Below, piece by piece: positions 40,214 through 48,604 of a stretch of 54,247 nucleotides of DNA (its first letter is position 1; each line of letters opens with the position of its first letter). Origin of the DNA: Planctomycetota bacterium (GTDB lineage Bacteria; Planctomycetota; Planctomycetia; JALXBF01). The notes below the pieces were generated by a model. That model ran no database searches. It was not told the origin of the DNA and was given only the letters and a program-made list of their open reading frames with translations. The stretch lies in NCBI GenBank assembly GCA_026991575.1, contig JALXBF010000109.1, forward strand, positions 1 through 54,247, written 5' to 3'. The position numbers were made by a program, and so were the translations under genes.

Positions 40214-43027
40214 TCACCGGCTCAGGGCATAGGCCGGGCTGGTCAGTTCCGGGCCGGTGGTTATCCGGACGCGGATGCGCCAGGCACCGGAGAAGTTGTG
40301 CACCTTGAACAGCAGCTGGTTCTCTCCCTTGCGCAACCTTACCGGGATCACGTCCCAGTCATACCAGAAGGGCTGACGTACCAGCCGTTGGATCATGGGC
40401 TGACCGTTCACGAACAGCTCGAACATATCGTCGGCCGTAACACGCACCCAGACCGTCTGGTCTCGGTCAGAAGGCACGATGGCCAGCGCGTACGCAGTGG
40501 CGGGACCGGACGGTCTGAGCACCCGGCCCAGATTCAGGACGCCGGTCGGCTCATCCACGTGAACTTCTTGCCACCCGATCTGGCCGCTCGCTGCCGAGAA
40601 CTTTGCCCCCGGATCGAACCGCTGCTGCTCGGGACCGAAGCGGGTGCGGATGCCGGCTGCGCCACGGTTGTCGAACGGGCCGCAGACGTACCAATCCCTC
40701 ACTTCGCCGGCATTGTCGGTGAGAGTGTGGACGTAGCGGGCAATCAGCTCCACCTCTTCGTCTTTGATCCAGTTCCTGGCCTTTTGCTGCATGTTCCGCA
40801 CGGTCTCGAGCCATTTCGCCATGCTGCGCCTGAGCCCCAGGAACTTCCGAAGGCCATGACACCGCGTGCAGCGCACTTCGGTGGCCTGCTTGCCGTCGGT
40901 GAAGGTGATCTTTGCGTAGTCGGGCTGCCTAGCGCGCCACTGCTGAGCGAGCGCCGCGCTCTGCTTGCGGTTGTAGCCCGGGTACGGGTCTGGACCGGGG
41001 ATGTTGTCCCATTGAGCTCCGAGGTCGATCCACAGAGCGAACAGACGTTTCTCTTCGTCGGTGAGCGGCTCGTCAGGCGGACATTGATTGACTTCGGTGT
41101 TGTACTCGAACGAGTACCCGTACAGCCGCCAGATGAGTGGGCTCTTGCGCGCAAAGCCCGGGTAGATGTACTTGCCGGTGCGGTAGTCGGCCGGGGCACA
41201 CAAGCTTAAGTACGACTTGCTGAAGAACGCCCCGTTGATCTCGTAGGCGCGGTCGGGCATGGTGACGCGCGGGATGAACACGAGCTTGTCACCACCGGAA
41301 AGATCCAGCCCCCCTTCGGCTTTCTTCTCGTTATGGCATCGCACGCACTTGCGTTCGATAATCGGGATCAGGTCGCGGCGGAAGTCGACCGTTTTTCGGT
41401 CTTCGGGCTTGGTTACAAGATCGACTGGTCCGGCGGTGGCGGCCAGCGGCACGCGGTCCAGGAGCGGCGGCCGACTTCGCCGCTCGTGGCAGCCGACACA
41501 GGTGCGATGCTCTCCGGGCCGGACCCAGATCCAGGTGAGCGCATCCTGCAGTGCCATGCCGTTCTCGTCAAGCACCTGAAGATGCAGCACCGTATCGGCT
41601 GGTACCTTGACGTAGAACGAACCGTCGCTGGCCACGGGCGCCTCGCCCACAACCCGCTTCTGTTCGAAGTTGCTGATGGAGTTGGTCGATGAGCCGAAGG
41701 AGGAGAAGCCGATGCCGGGCAGCAGCGTGCGGAAGGTGTCGTTGTCGTCCTCGACACCGAAGCCCTCGATGATCCGGACCCGCTTGATCTGCCCCGGCTT
41801 GATGAACGCTTCCTTGTCCGTCTGACCGATGTAGGCGTTCAGGCACAGCAGCGTTCCCCAGTTCTGATGGCGGGCGATGTTGTGGTCGGGGATGATTGGT
41901 GGTTTGGGCCGAGCTTCCACATAGATCGGGTTCAGTGCCTGGTAGTTCGGGTCGTTGTACACGGGCGCCCCTCGCTTGCGGGCCTCAATATCGAACCAGT
42001 AGATGCCAAACTGCGCCTTGGGCCCCTCAGGGTTGCGGTAGCCGCTCCAGCAGGGCGGCGGTGACCAGCAGACCAGCAGGCGGCCGTCACGGGTCGGGTA
42101 CGGATCGCGATAGCGGCCCCCGGGAGTGTTCGGCCCGTACAGGCGGACGTCAGGAGTCAGATTGACCATGGCCTTGCGATCGTCCGGGTCGCCCGGGGTC
42201 AGTAGCGCGAGCGCGCCGCCGCCGTAGGCATGGTGGAAGACGCTTTCGATGTACACGATCCGCCCGTCGGGCAGCTCGCGCTGTTTCCACCGGAAGCCGC
42301 CGCGATGGTTGCCATAGAAGTCGATGAACTCGGTGCCGTCCGGGTTCATCGTGAACAGAGCGGATGCACCAGAGGTGTGGAACCGCATGCCATGATGTTG
42401 CCAGCTCTGAAACAGCACCCGCCCGTCGCTGAGTACGATGAACTCCGAGTCGGAGCTGAGGTTGAAGGAGATCTGTTCCACGTTGCTACCGTCCGGATCA
42501 CAGCGGTGGACTAGCCGGGCATAGTCGCGGTCATATTCATCCCGCCGCTTGTGCGGATCCATGGCCACATGGCGTGTGGAGCTGAAGATGATCCGGCCGT
42601 CAGGCAGGTAGTACGGCGAGCAGGCGTCGGCCATGCCGCGCGTGATCTGTCGTTTGTTCTTGCCGTCCAGGTCCATCTCCCAGATTTCCCAGCCATCCTG
42701 TGGCGTGCGTCGCCCGGAGAAGATGATCTTGGTGCCGTCGTAGCTGAGCTCCGGTTCGTCGGCACCGTAGAACTCCGGTGTCAACACCGTCAGCTTCCCG
42801 TCCGGGCGGGGGGGCGAGAGCTTCACGATCTCCATTCCGGGCACATGCGCAGACTGCCCGAAGTGGTACATGAACGGCTCGTAGTGGATGCCGGGCCGTC
42901 CGTTCGGACGATTCTTGATCCGCACGAAGATGATCGCCCCTTCGTCCCGGTTCACCTCTTCGGCGTAACTGGCAGGGACGGCCACGATGGCCGCGACGAA
43001 AGGCAGAACTGCTAACCACCACTTCAT
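40214..43027 (-). CDS. Hydrazine synthase alpha-subunit-like protein with three CxxCH motifs and an added C-terminal beta-sandwich domain
   Basis: Signal peptide; TolB-like propeller (PYYLPDGRIIFSSTR, RDEY..DGSNVEQISFN, SWQHHG, LFTMNPDGT, GRYRDPYP); HZS-alpha middle domain GEAPVASDGSFYVKVPADTVLHLQVLDENGMA..WIWVRPGE..CVGCHE; VDFRRDLIPII..KCVRCH; extra CTRCH. Confidence 0.85.
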   Translation of the reverse strand: MKWWLAVLPFVAAIVAVPASYAEEVNRDEGAIIFVRIKNRPNGRPGIHYEPFMYHFGQSAHVPGMEIVKLSPPRPDGKLTVLTPEFYGADEPELSYDGTKIIFSGRRTPQDGWEIWEMDLDGKNKRQITRGMADACSPYYLPDGRIIFSSTRHVAMDPHKRRDEYDRDYARLVHRCDPDGSNVEQISFNLSSDSEFIVLSDGRVLFQSWQHHGMRFHTSGASALFTMNPDGTEFIDFYGNHRGGFRWKQRELPDGRIVYIESVFHHAYGGGALALLTPGDPDDRKAMVNLTPDVRLYGPNTPGGRYRDPYPTRDGRLLVCWSPPPCWSGYRNPEGPKAQFGIYWFDIEARKRGAPVYNDPNYQALNPIYVEARPKPPIIPDHNIARHQNWGTLLCLNAYIGQTDKEAFIKPGQIKRVRIIEGFGVEDDNDTFRTLLPGIGFSSFGSSTNSISNFEQKRVVGEAPVASDGSFYVKVPADTVLHLQVLDENGMALQDALTWIWVRPGEHRTCVGCHERRSRPPLLDRVPLAATAGPVDLVTKPEDRKTVDFRRDLIPIIERKCVRCHNEKKAEGGLDLSGGDKLVFIPRVTMPDRAYEINGAFFSKSYLSLCAPADYRTGKYIYPGFARKSPLIWRLYGYSFEYNTEVNQCPPDEPLTDEEKRLFALWIDLGAQWDNIPGPDPYPGYNRKQSAALAQQWRARQPDYAKITFTDGKQATEVRCTRCHGLRKFLGLRRSMAKWLETVRNMQQKARNWIKDEEVELIARYVHTLTDNAGEVRDWYVCGPFDNRGAAGIRTRFGPEQQRFDPGAKFSAASGQIGWQEVHVDEPTGVLNLGRVLRPSGPATAYALAIVPSDRDQTVWVRVTADDMFELFVNGQPMIQRLVRQPFWYDWDVIPVRLRKGENQLLFKVHNFSGAWRIRVRITTGPELTSPAYALSR

Positions 43028-43080
43028 GGCTGTCGTCTCCTTGTAACGGTGCTGGCCACGAGCGCGGGCAGGCGGCGGAC

Positions 43081-44925
43081 TCAGAGGGAAAGCAGGTAGG
43101 CAATCAGGTCCGAGAGCTCTTGCTCGGTCAGCTGCGACGTCTTGCCGTGCTTGTCCTCAGGGTTGTACTTGGTGAAGACCTCACGAAGCGTTCGCGCACG
43201 GCCGTCGTGCAGGTAGGGGGGGCTGTCCCAGATGCCCACCAGCTGCGGGACGTCGAACTGAGTGGGGTAGATCGTGTTGCCGGAAGGCAACTTCAGCGGA
43301 GCGTACCGCCCCTTACCGGTGCCCACGTCGCGCCGCTTGCGGTTCGTGAACTTCGGCCCGCTATGGCACTTGATGCAGCGAGCCTTCCCTTCGAAGATCT
43401 GCTTGCCGCGGCGAGCCGCCTCGCTCAGCGAGCCGTCCGGCATGCGATACGGATTCGGTACCAGCGGCACGGAGCGGACATAGCTTTCCAGCGCCTCCAG
43501 ATCGGCCGGCGACAGGGGGCTCCCGCGCATGGCGAGCGTCACCGTCGGCCCGCACTCATTCGCGCCGATTTCGGCTGCCTCGCCTTGCCAGCGGAACGGA
43601 CCGGTACCGTCCACACCGCGGAAGCTCCGGATGTTCTTGACGTTGCCCAGCCCGTCGTCTTCCAGGTCCCAGCTCAGACCGGTCGTGTGTCCTTCCGGAT
43701 GGCAGCTCGCACAGGAAAACTGACGCTGGAAGCAGAGCGTCGCCGAGTTGTACAGGATCTCGCCACGCCGACGCATCGTGATCCTGGCAGTTTCGCCCAC
43801 CGGGATGCTCGTGCCCACGGTCAGGTGCCCGAGGTCGATGACGGAGAGCGTGTCGGCGAGCCGGTTGGCCACCACCGCCACATCGGCTCGCGGCACCAGC
43901 GCGATGCCATACGGATTGCGCCCCACCGGGATCACCGCCAGCCGATACGGCCGGCTCGCTCCAAGCGGCACATAGCCGCGTTGCCCCTTCAGCCTGCTTG
44001 CTTCCGCCAACAGCCGAGGCAGGTCATACACCAACACCTCATCAACGCCGGCGCAGACCACAAACAACCGACGGCCCTCCGGACCGACGGCTAGCCCGTA
44101 CGGGTTGGCGAAGTAGCGGTGTGCCTCGTCCAGGATCACAGTCTGAACCTGGTCCTTGGAGGCCGTGTACCGGATGAAGCTGATCGCGTTGTTGTTCACC
44201 CAGCCCTGGCGAACCTGCGTCAACGGCACAAACGGCTTGGGAATCAAGTGGGCCACGGCAAGAACGCCGGGGGCTACCTCGATCAGATCCCGTAGGTTGC
44301 TGGCTGGCCGAAGCTCGAAGCGGCCGACGATCTTGCCGCTGGCCAGCTCGATCTGCACCACGGGCCTGCTCAGGTCGTAGGCGTCGCAAGCGACAAACAG
44401 GTACCGACCATCCCGGCTGACGGCCAGGTGTCGCGGATTCTGGGCCACGCTGATGCGACGCAGCAGCGTGCGCTGTGCCACGTCGATTTCCACGACCACT
44501 TCGTCCTTGCCCATGCAGCTAACCCAGAGCCGATCACGCCCGGTCCACTCCACGTCGTACGGTTGGTTCGGCACCGGCACGGTTGCGGCGACCTGGAGGT
44601 CGGGCAGCGTAAACAGGTAGAGCTCGTCGCTGTAGCGACACGCGACCGCGGCCAGCTTGCCGTCGGCTCGTACAGCAACGCCCGTCGGCTCGCGCCCCAC
44701 AGGCGTCTCCCGCACGACCTGGCCGCCGTCCAGGTCAACCAGGCTGACGGAGTTGCCCTGGTGGTTGGTGACGACTACCAGCGCTGTGCCCGGAACGGCA
44801 GCGACCTGAAGCGGCGATCGATAGTGGGGCTGATCGGCCGGCGAGGCGGTAGTGCTGGGCGCCAGGAGCAGGAGCACCGGTAGCAGGAAGAGCAATTGCG
44901 TACGAGGCTGCTGCTTGGCGTGCAT
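43081..44925 (-). CDS. Hydrazine synthase beta-gamma-like fusion (YVTN propeller + diheme CcP/MauG-like domain)
   Basis: Signal peptide; YRSP start; PKPFVP..QGWVNNNAI, LDE...FANPYGL; FQRQFSCASCHPEGHTTGLSWDLEDDGLG..KNIR..RG..PFRWQG; CIKCH; DVGTG; FDVPQL..PYLHDG; DKHGKTSQL; GGAGG RBS. Confidence 0.85.
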   Translation of the reverse strand: MHAKQQPRTQLLFLLPVLLLLAPSTTASPADQPHYRSPLQVAAVPGTALVVVTNHQGNSVSLVDLDGGQVVRETPVGREPTGVAVRADGKLAAVACRYSDELYLFTLPDLQVAATVPVPNQPYDVEWTGRDRLWVSCMGKDEVVVEIDVAQRTLLRRISVAQNPRHLAVSRDGRYLFVACDAYDLSRPVVQIELASGKIVGRFELRPASNLRDLIEVAPGVLAVAHLIPKPFVPLTQVRQGWVNNNAISFIRYTASKDQVQTVILDEAHRYFANPYGLAVGPEGRRLFVVCAGVDEVLVYDLPRLLAEASRLKGQRGYVPLGASRPYRLAVIPVGRNPYGIALVPRADVAVVANRLADTLSVIDLGHLTVGTSIPVGETARITMRRRGEILYNSATLCFQRQFSCASCHPEGHTTGLSWDLEDDGLGNVKNIRSFRGVDGTGPFRWQGEAAEIGANECGPTVTLAMRGSPLSPADLEALESYVRSVPLVPNPYRMPDGSLSEAARRGKQIFEGKARCIKCHSGPKFTNRKRRDVGTGKGRYAPLKLPSGNTIYPTQFDVPQLVGIWDSPPYLHDGRARTLREVFTKYNPEDKHGKTSQLTEQELSDLIAYLLSL

Positions 44926-45002
44926 GGCGTGCCTCCAAGCTTCTTGGATTCGCTGGCGGGCCCGGCGGCGGATCGGCGGGTGCGGCAGGAGGAAAGTTAT
45001 TG

Positions 45003-45050
45003 AATGTCGATCCACATTACATAGATTAGCCGCCGCACGCACCCTGTCAA
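45003..45050 (-). promoter_or_regulatory. sigma70 promoter TTGACA-N16-TAATCT of the HZS-like operon with palindrome AATGTGGATCGACATT at the inferred TSS
   Basis: -35 at 45045-45050, -10 at 45023-45028; 7/8 inverted repeat at 45003-45018; AT-rich island. Confidence 0.65.
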
Positions 45051-45448
45051 GACCCCGGCGGCATCGGAGCTGCGGCGAGGCCTGACCGCTCGAGTCGGCC
45101 AGTGTCATACTCAGACGAGCGGTCACCCGGTGGGCTGAAGCGCGCCAGAGCGGCGGCCACGGCGTTGTGCGCCTGGTCGACCCCAGCACCGCTGCGCGGC
45201 TGCGGCTACCGCGGCGGCACGTCACCGTCAGGTCAGCCGGACTGCCTGCGCCGTGCCGGTCCGTGCGCGGCGTCGCTGTACAATAGTGGGCACCCGCGCG
45301 GCAGAACCGACGGGGCCACCTCCAGGCTGAAGACTTCTATCGTGGAGAACACGCGCTGGTCGATCTTAATAGCGGGTGCCCGGACCGCGACCGGTCCGCG
45401 TAGCAACCGCATCTCCACAGCTGGACGTGCTAGCGTGGGTAAACGTCC

Positions 45449-48400
45449 ATGAGCAGCAGTGTTCAGAAGAGGCCCGTCACCGCCTTCCTGGTTGCACTCC
45501 TGTCCTGCCTGGCCGTCGTTCGGGCGGCTGCTTGGGGCCAAGCGGGAACCGGCGTACAGGAGCGGGCGCCTGATCCCGCCGCGCTTCGGCAGCTGAAGGC
45601 CGCGGCGCGTTTCTTTCAAGAAGGCAAGTACGACTTTGCCGCGGACACGTACCGCGAGTTTCTGAATCGCTACGGGCAGATGCCTGAGGCTGAGGAGGCC
45701 CGCTTCTTCCTGGCCGAATCCCTCATGCTCCTGAAGCGCTATGACGAAGCGCACCGCGCCTACCAGGACTATCTCCAGCGTCATCCCGATGGTCGCTACC
45801 TGCCCTGGGCCCGATTCCGACTCGGCGAGTCGGCGTTTCTTGCCGGACGGTGGCAAGAGGCAATCGAGCAGCTCCGTGCGTACGTCTCGCAGCACGGTGG
45901 CCATCGGATGGTGCCATACGCGGAGCGGTACATCGGTGAGGCGTTGTTGAAGCTGGGCCGCAATGAAGAGGCGGAACGCCAACTTCGGGCCACGATCCGC
46001 CGGTACCCGAAATTGCCGGTGACGGACCACGCTCGCTATGCCCTGGCTCAGCTGTTGGAGGCCCAGCAGCAGCGGGACGAAGCGTTGCAGTTCTACTTGG
46101 TGGTTGGCCAGGGGAACTCATCCGTTGCGGATGACGCGCTGCTGGCTGCCGGCACCATCGAATACGCTGCCGGGCGGTACGCGCATGCGCAGAAGCTGTT
46201 CGAGACGCTGTTGCAGCGGTTTCCACAGAGCAAACTTCGGTGGACGGCTCACTTCAACGCCGGACTCAGCCTGTTTCGTCAAAAACGCTACGCTGCAGCC
46301 GAAGGCCACTTCATGCTGGTTGCCGGCGCACGGAAGGGTGATGAGCTCGGGTTGGAAGCCGCCTACTGGCTGGGCCGCTGTCTGGCCGAGCAGGGCAACG
46401 GCGACGAGGCAGCGCGCCGGTTGGCCGAGCTGGCCGACCAGGCAGTCAAGGCGGGCAAGGTCGATCTGGCGGCGCGCGCACTGTACGAAAGTGCTCGAAC
46501 GCTTGCGCAGAGTGGCGATGTCACAGCGGCCGTGACCCGATACCTGGCGGTTGCAAGCCGCTTCCCCGAGCACGAACTGGCCGAACAAGCAGCCGCGCAG
46601 GCCGTGTTCACCGCGGCACGCAGCGAAGCGAACGCCAGGGCGATCGAGCTGGCCGACAGCTACTTGCAGACGTTCCCCGAAGGCAAACGCCGTGCTCAGG
46701 TGGCGCTGGCCGCTGTGCGCGCCGCGCTGGCGGAGCGCAAGCCGGACGTGGCCGAACGATGGGTCAGGATCGCTTTGCAGGACGGCGACCAGACCGTGAT
46801 CCGCGCCGGTCGGTACTACCGCGCGCTGATCGAGGCTGATCGGGGGGCTTATGCCCAGGCCGTGCAGACGCTCGACCCGTTGCTCACCGATGCCGAAACG
46901 GCGCGGGTCTTGCCGGAAGCCTACTTCCTTGCGGGCCGGTGTGCCTATCAGTTAGGCCGGTATGCAGACGCGCTGAAAGCGCTTGCAGTGTTCTTGCAAA
47001 CGCAGCCCGACGAGGAGTTGGCGGCGCATGCGCGCGCGTACCGCGTGGTCTCCTTAGCGCATCTGGGGCAGTTTGACGGCGTTCTCGAGGAGCTGCAGCA
47101 GTTGGCCGATACGGCGGACGTGCGCATCCCAGCTGCGCTTGCAGCCGCGGACGCCTTCTATGACCGGGAAGCTTATGAGCCAGCTGCGACGTTGTACGGC
47201 ATCGTCGTTGCCGCGGAAGGCGTCGACGAGCAGGACCGGGCCTACGCGCTGGCCGGCCGCGCCTGGGCACGCTTCTACGCGGGCCGGATCGACGAGGCGT
47301 TGAGCGATGCCGACGAGTTCCTCAAGCGATACGCGGACCACAAGTTGGCGGCCGAAATGCTTCTCTTGACCGGCTTCGCCCACAAGCAGGCTGGAGCGAT
47401 CGACAAGGCGCTGGCAGCGTTCGATCGTCTCGTGAGACGCTACGCCGACAGCGATCTGGTGGTCGATGCGCTGCTTGCGCGCGCCCGGCTGCTGGTGCAA
47501 GCGGACCGGTCCGCGGAGGCACTGGCCGCGTATGCCGACGCGCTCGCCATCCTCCGCAGCGGTCAGCAGAGCAGCCGCGCGGGGCGGAGCAAGGAGGACT
47601 CTGATCGCGACCTGGCCGGGGTGCTCGGCGAGTATGCCTGGGCGCTGTGGAAGGCGGGCAAAGTGGACGAGGCGATAGCGCACTATCGTGAGTTAATCCA
47701 GCGCTTCCCCGACGCGCCCGGCACGGCCAAGGCCGAGCTGAACCTGGCCCAGCTGCTGCTGGACCGCAACGACCCGGTGGCACGCCAGGAGGCGGTAGCT
47801 CTAGCTACAAAGCATCTGTCGGCCGGTGATTCGGAGTTGCGGGCCGAGGCATCGTTCCTGCTGGCCCGCGCCGCTTTTGCGGAGGCGGACTGGTCGCAGG
47901 TGGAGAAACACTGCCGCAACTATCTGGAAATCGCCGCCGACGGTCCTCGCGCGGCTCAGGTCTACTACATGCTGGTCGAGGCCCTCTACGAGCAGCAGAA
48001 GGGCAACGAGTTGGGCGACACGCTACAACGGGCCCTGGCCGTGACGAACCAGGACGCGCCATGGCGGGGCCGGTTGCTGCTGCGACGGGCTCAGTGGCTC
48101 ATCGGCCAGCGAAGATGGCAGGAGGCGATCGAGGCGCTGCGGCCGCTGCTGGGCGATCCGTCGAATTCTCTGCGACCGGTTGCCGAATACTACAGAGGTA
48201 GGGCGCTGTACGAGCAGGGCAAGCTCAACGAGGCGCTCGCTGCGTTCAAGGAGGCGCTGGCGGCGGAGGATGCTGAGTTAGCGGCGCGGGCGCAGTTCAT
48301 GATCGGCGAGACGCTGTTTGCGCAGCGGCAATTCCGTGCCGCGATCCGCGAATTCCTAAAGGTAGACCTGGTCTATGACGTTTCACGCTGGCGAGCCGCG

Positions 48401-48571
48401 GCTCTGGTGGAAGCGGGCAAGTGCTACGAGCAGCTCAGGGAATGGCGTGCCGCGCGGGAGGTGTACGAGAGGGTGCTGAAGGAGTTTCCTGACGAGCCGG
48501 TGCGGCAGGAGGCCGAACGCCGGCTGAAAGCGATCCAGACCATGTCTGCGATGCGAAAGGGCACCGGTTAG
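45449..48571 (+). CDS. Large secreted TPR protein (BamD/YbgF-like repeats)
   Basis: Signal peptide; repeated A..Y..FL..YP...A.A.F.LGE helices; ARAQFMIGETLF..FLKV C-terminus. Confidence 0.88.
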   Translation: MSSSVQKRPVTAFLVALLSCLAVVRAAAWGQAGTGVQERAPDPAALRQLKAAARFFQEGKYDFAADTYREFLNRYGQMPEAEEARFFLAESLMLLKRYDEAHRAYQDYLQRHPDGRYLPWARFRLGESAFLAGRWQEAIEQLRAYVSQHGGHRMVPYAERYIGEALLKLGRNEEAERQLRATIRRYPKLPVTDHARYALAQLLEAQQQRDEALQFYLVVGQGNSSVADDALLAAGTIEYAAGRYAHAQKLFETLLQRFPQSKLRWTAHFNAGLSLFRQKRYAAAEGHFMLVAGARKGDELGLEAAYWLGRCLAEQGNGDEAARRLAELADQAVKAGKVDLAARALYESARTLAQSGDVTAAVTRYLAVASRFPEHELAEQAAAQAVFTAARSEANARAIELADSYLQTFPEGKRRAQVALAAVRAALAERKPDVAERWVRIALQDGDQTVIRAGRYYRALIEADRGAYAQAVQTLDPLLTDAETARVLPEAYFLAGRCAYQLGRYADALKALAVFLQTQPDEELAAHARAYRVVSLAHLGQFDGVLEELQQLADTADVRIPAALAAADAFYDREAYEPAATLYGIVVAAEGVDEQDRAYALAGRAWARFYAGRIDEALSDADEFLKRYADHKLAAEMLLLTGFAHKQAGAIDKALAAFDRLVRRYADSDLVVDALLARARLLVQADRSAEALAAYADALAILRSGQQSSRAGRSKEDSDRDLAGVLGEYAWALWKAGKVDEAIAHYRELIQRFPDAPGTAKAELNLAQLLLDRNDPVARQEAVALATKHLSAGDSELRAEASFLLARAAFAEADWSQVEKHCRNYLEIAADGPRAAQVYYMLVEALYEQQKGNELGDTLQRALAVTNQDAPWRGRLLLRRAQWLIGQRRWQEAIEALRPLLGDPSNSLRPVAEYYRGRALYEQGKLNEALAAFKEALAAEDAELAARAQFMIGETLFAQRQFRAAIREFLKVDLVYDVSRWRAAALVEAGKCYEQLREWRAAREVYERVLKEFPDEPVRQEAERRLKAIQTMSAMRKGTG

Positions 48572-48604
48572 GGGCCCCGAGGTGTGTGGAGAGGTCACGA
48601 GCCG

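Noticed and set aside
39635..41209. Long plus-strand ORF (524 aa) and other long antisense ORFs such as 9792-11237, 22421-23479, 24128-25447, 25638-26723 and 50674-51987
   Set aside because: Shadow ORFs opposite well-supported genes in GC-rich DNA; no recognisable motifs
40214..44925. Calling these genes bona fide hzsABC and the organism an anammox bacterium
   Set aside because: High GC, Planctomycetia-type neighbours, missing alpha-I Tyr ligand and apparent loss of the gamma Asp; no gene symbols assigned
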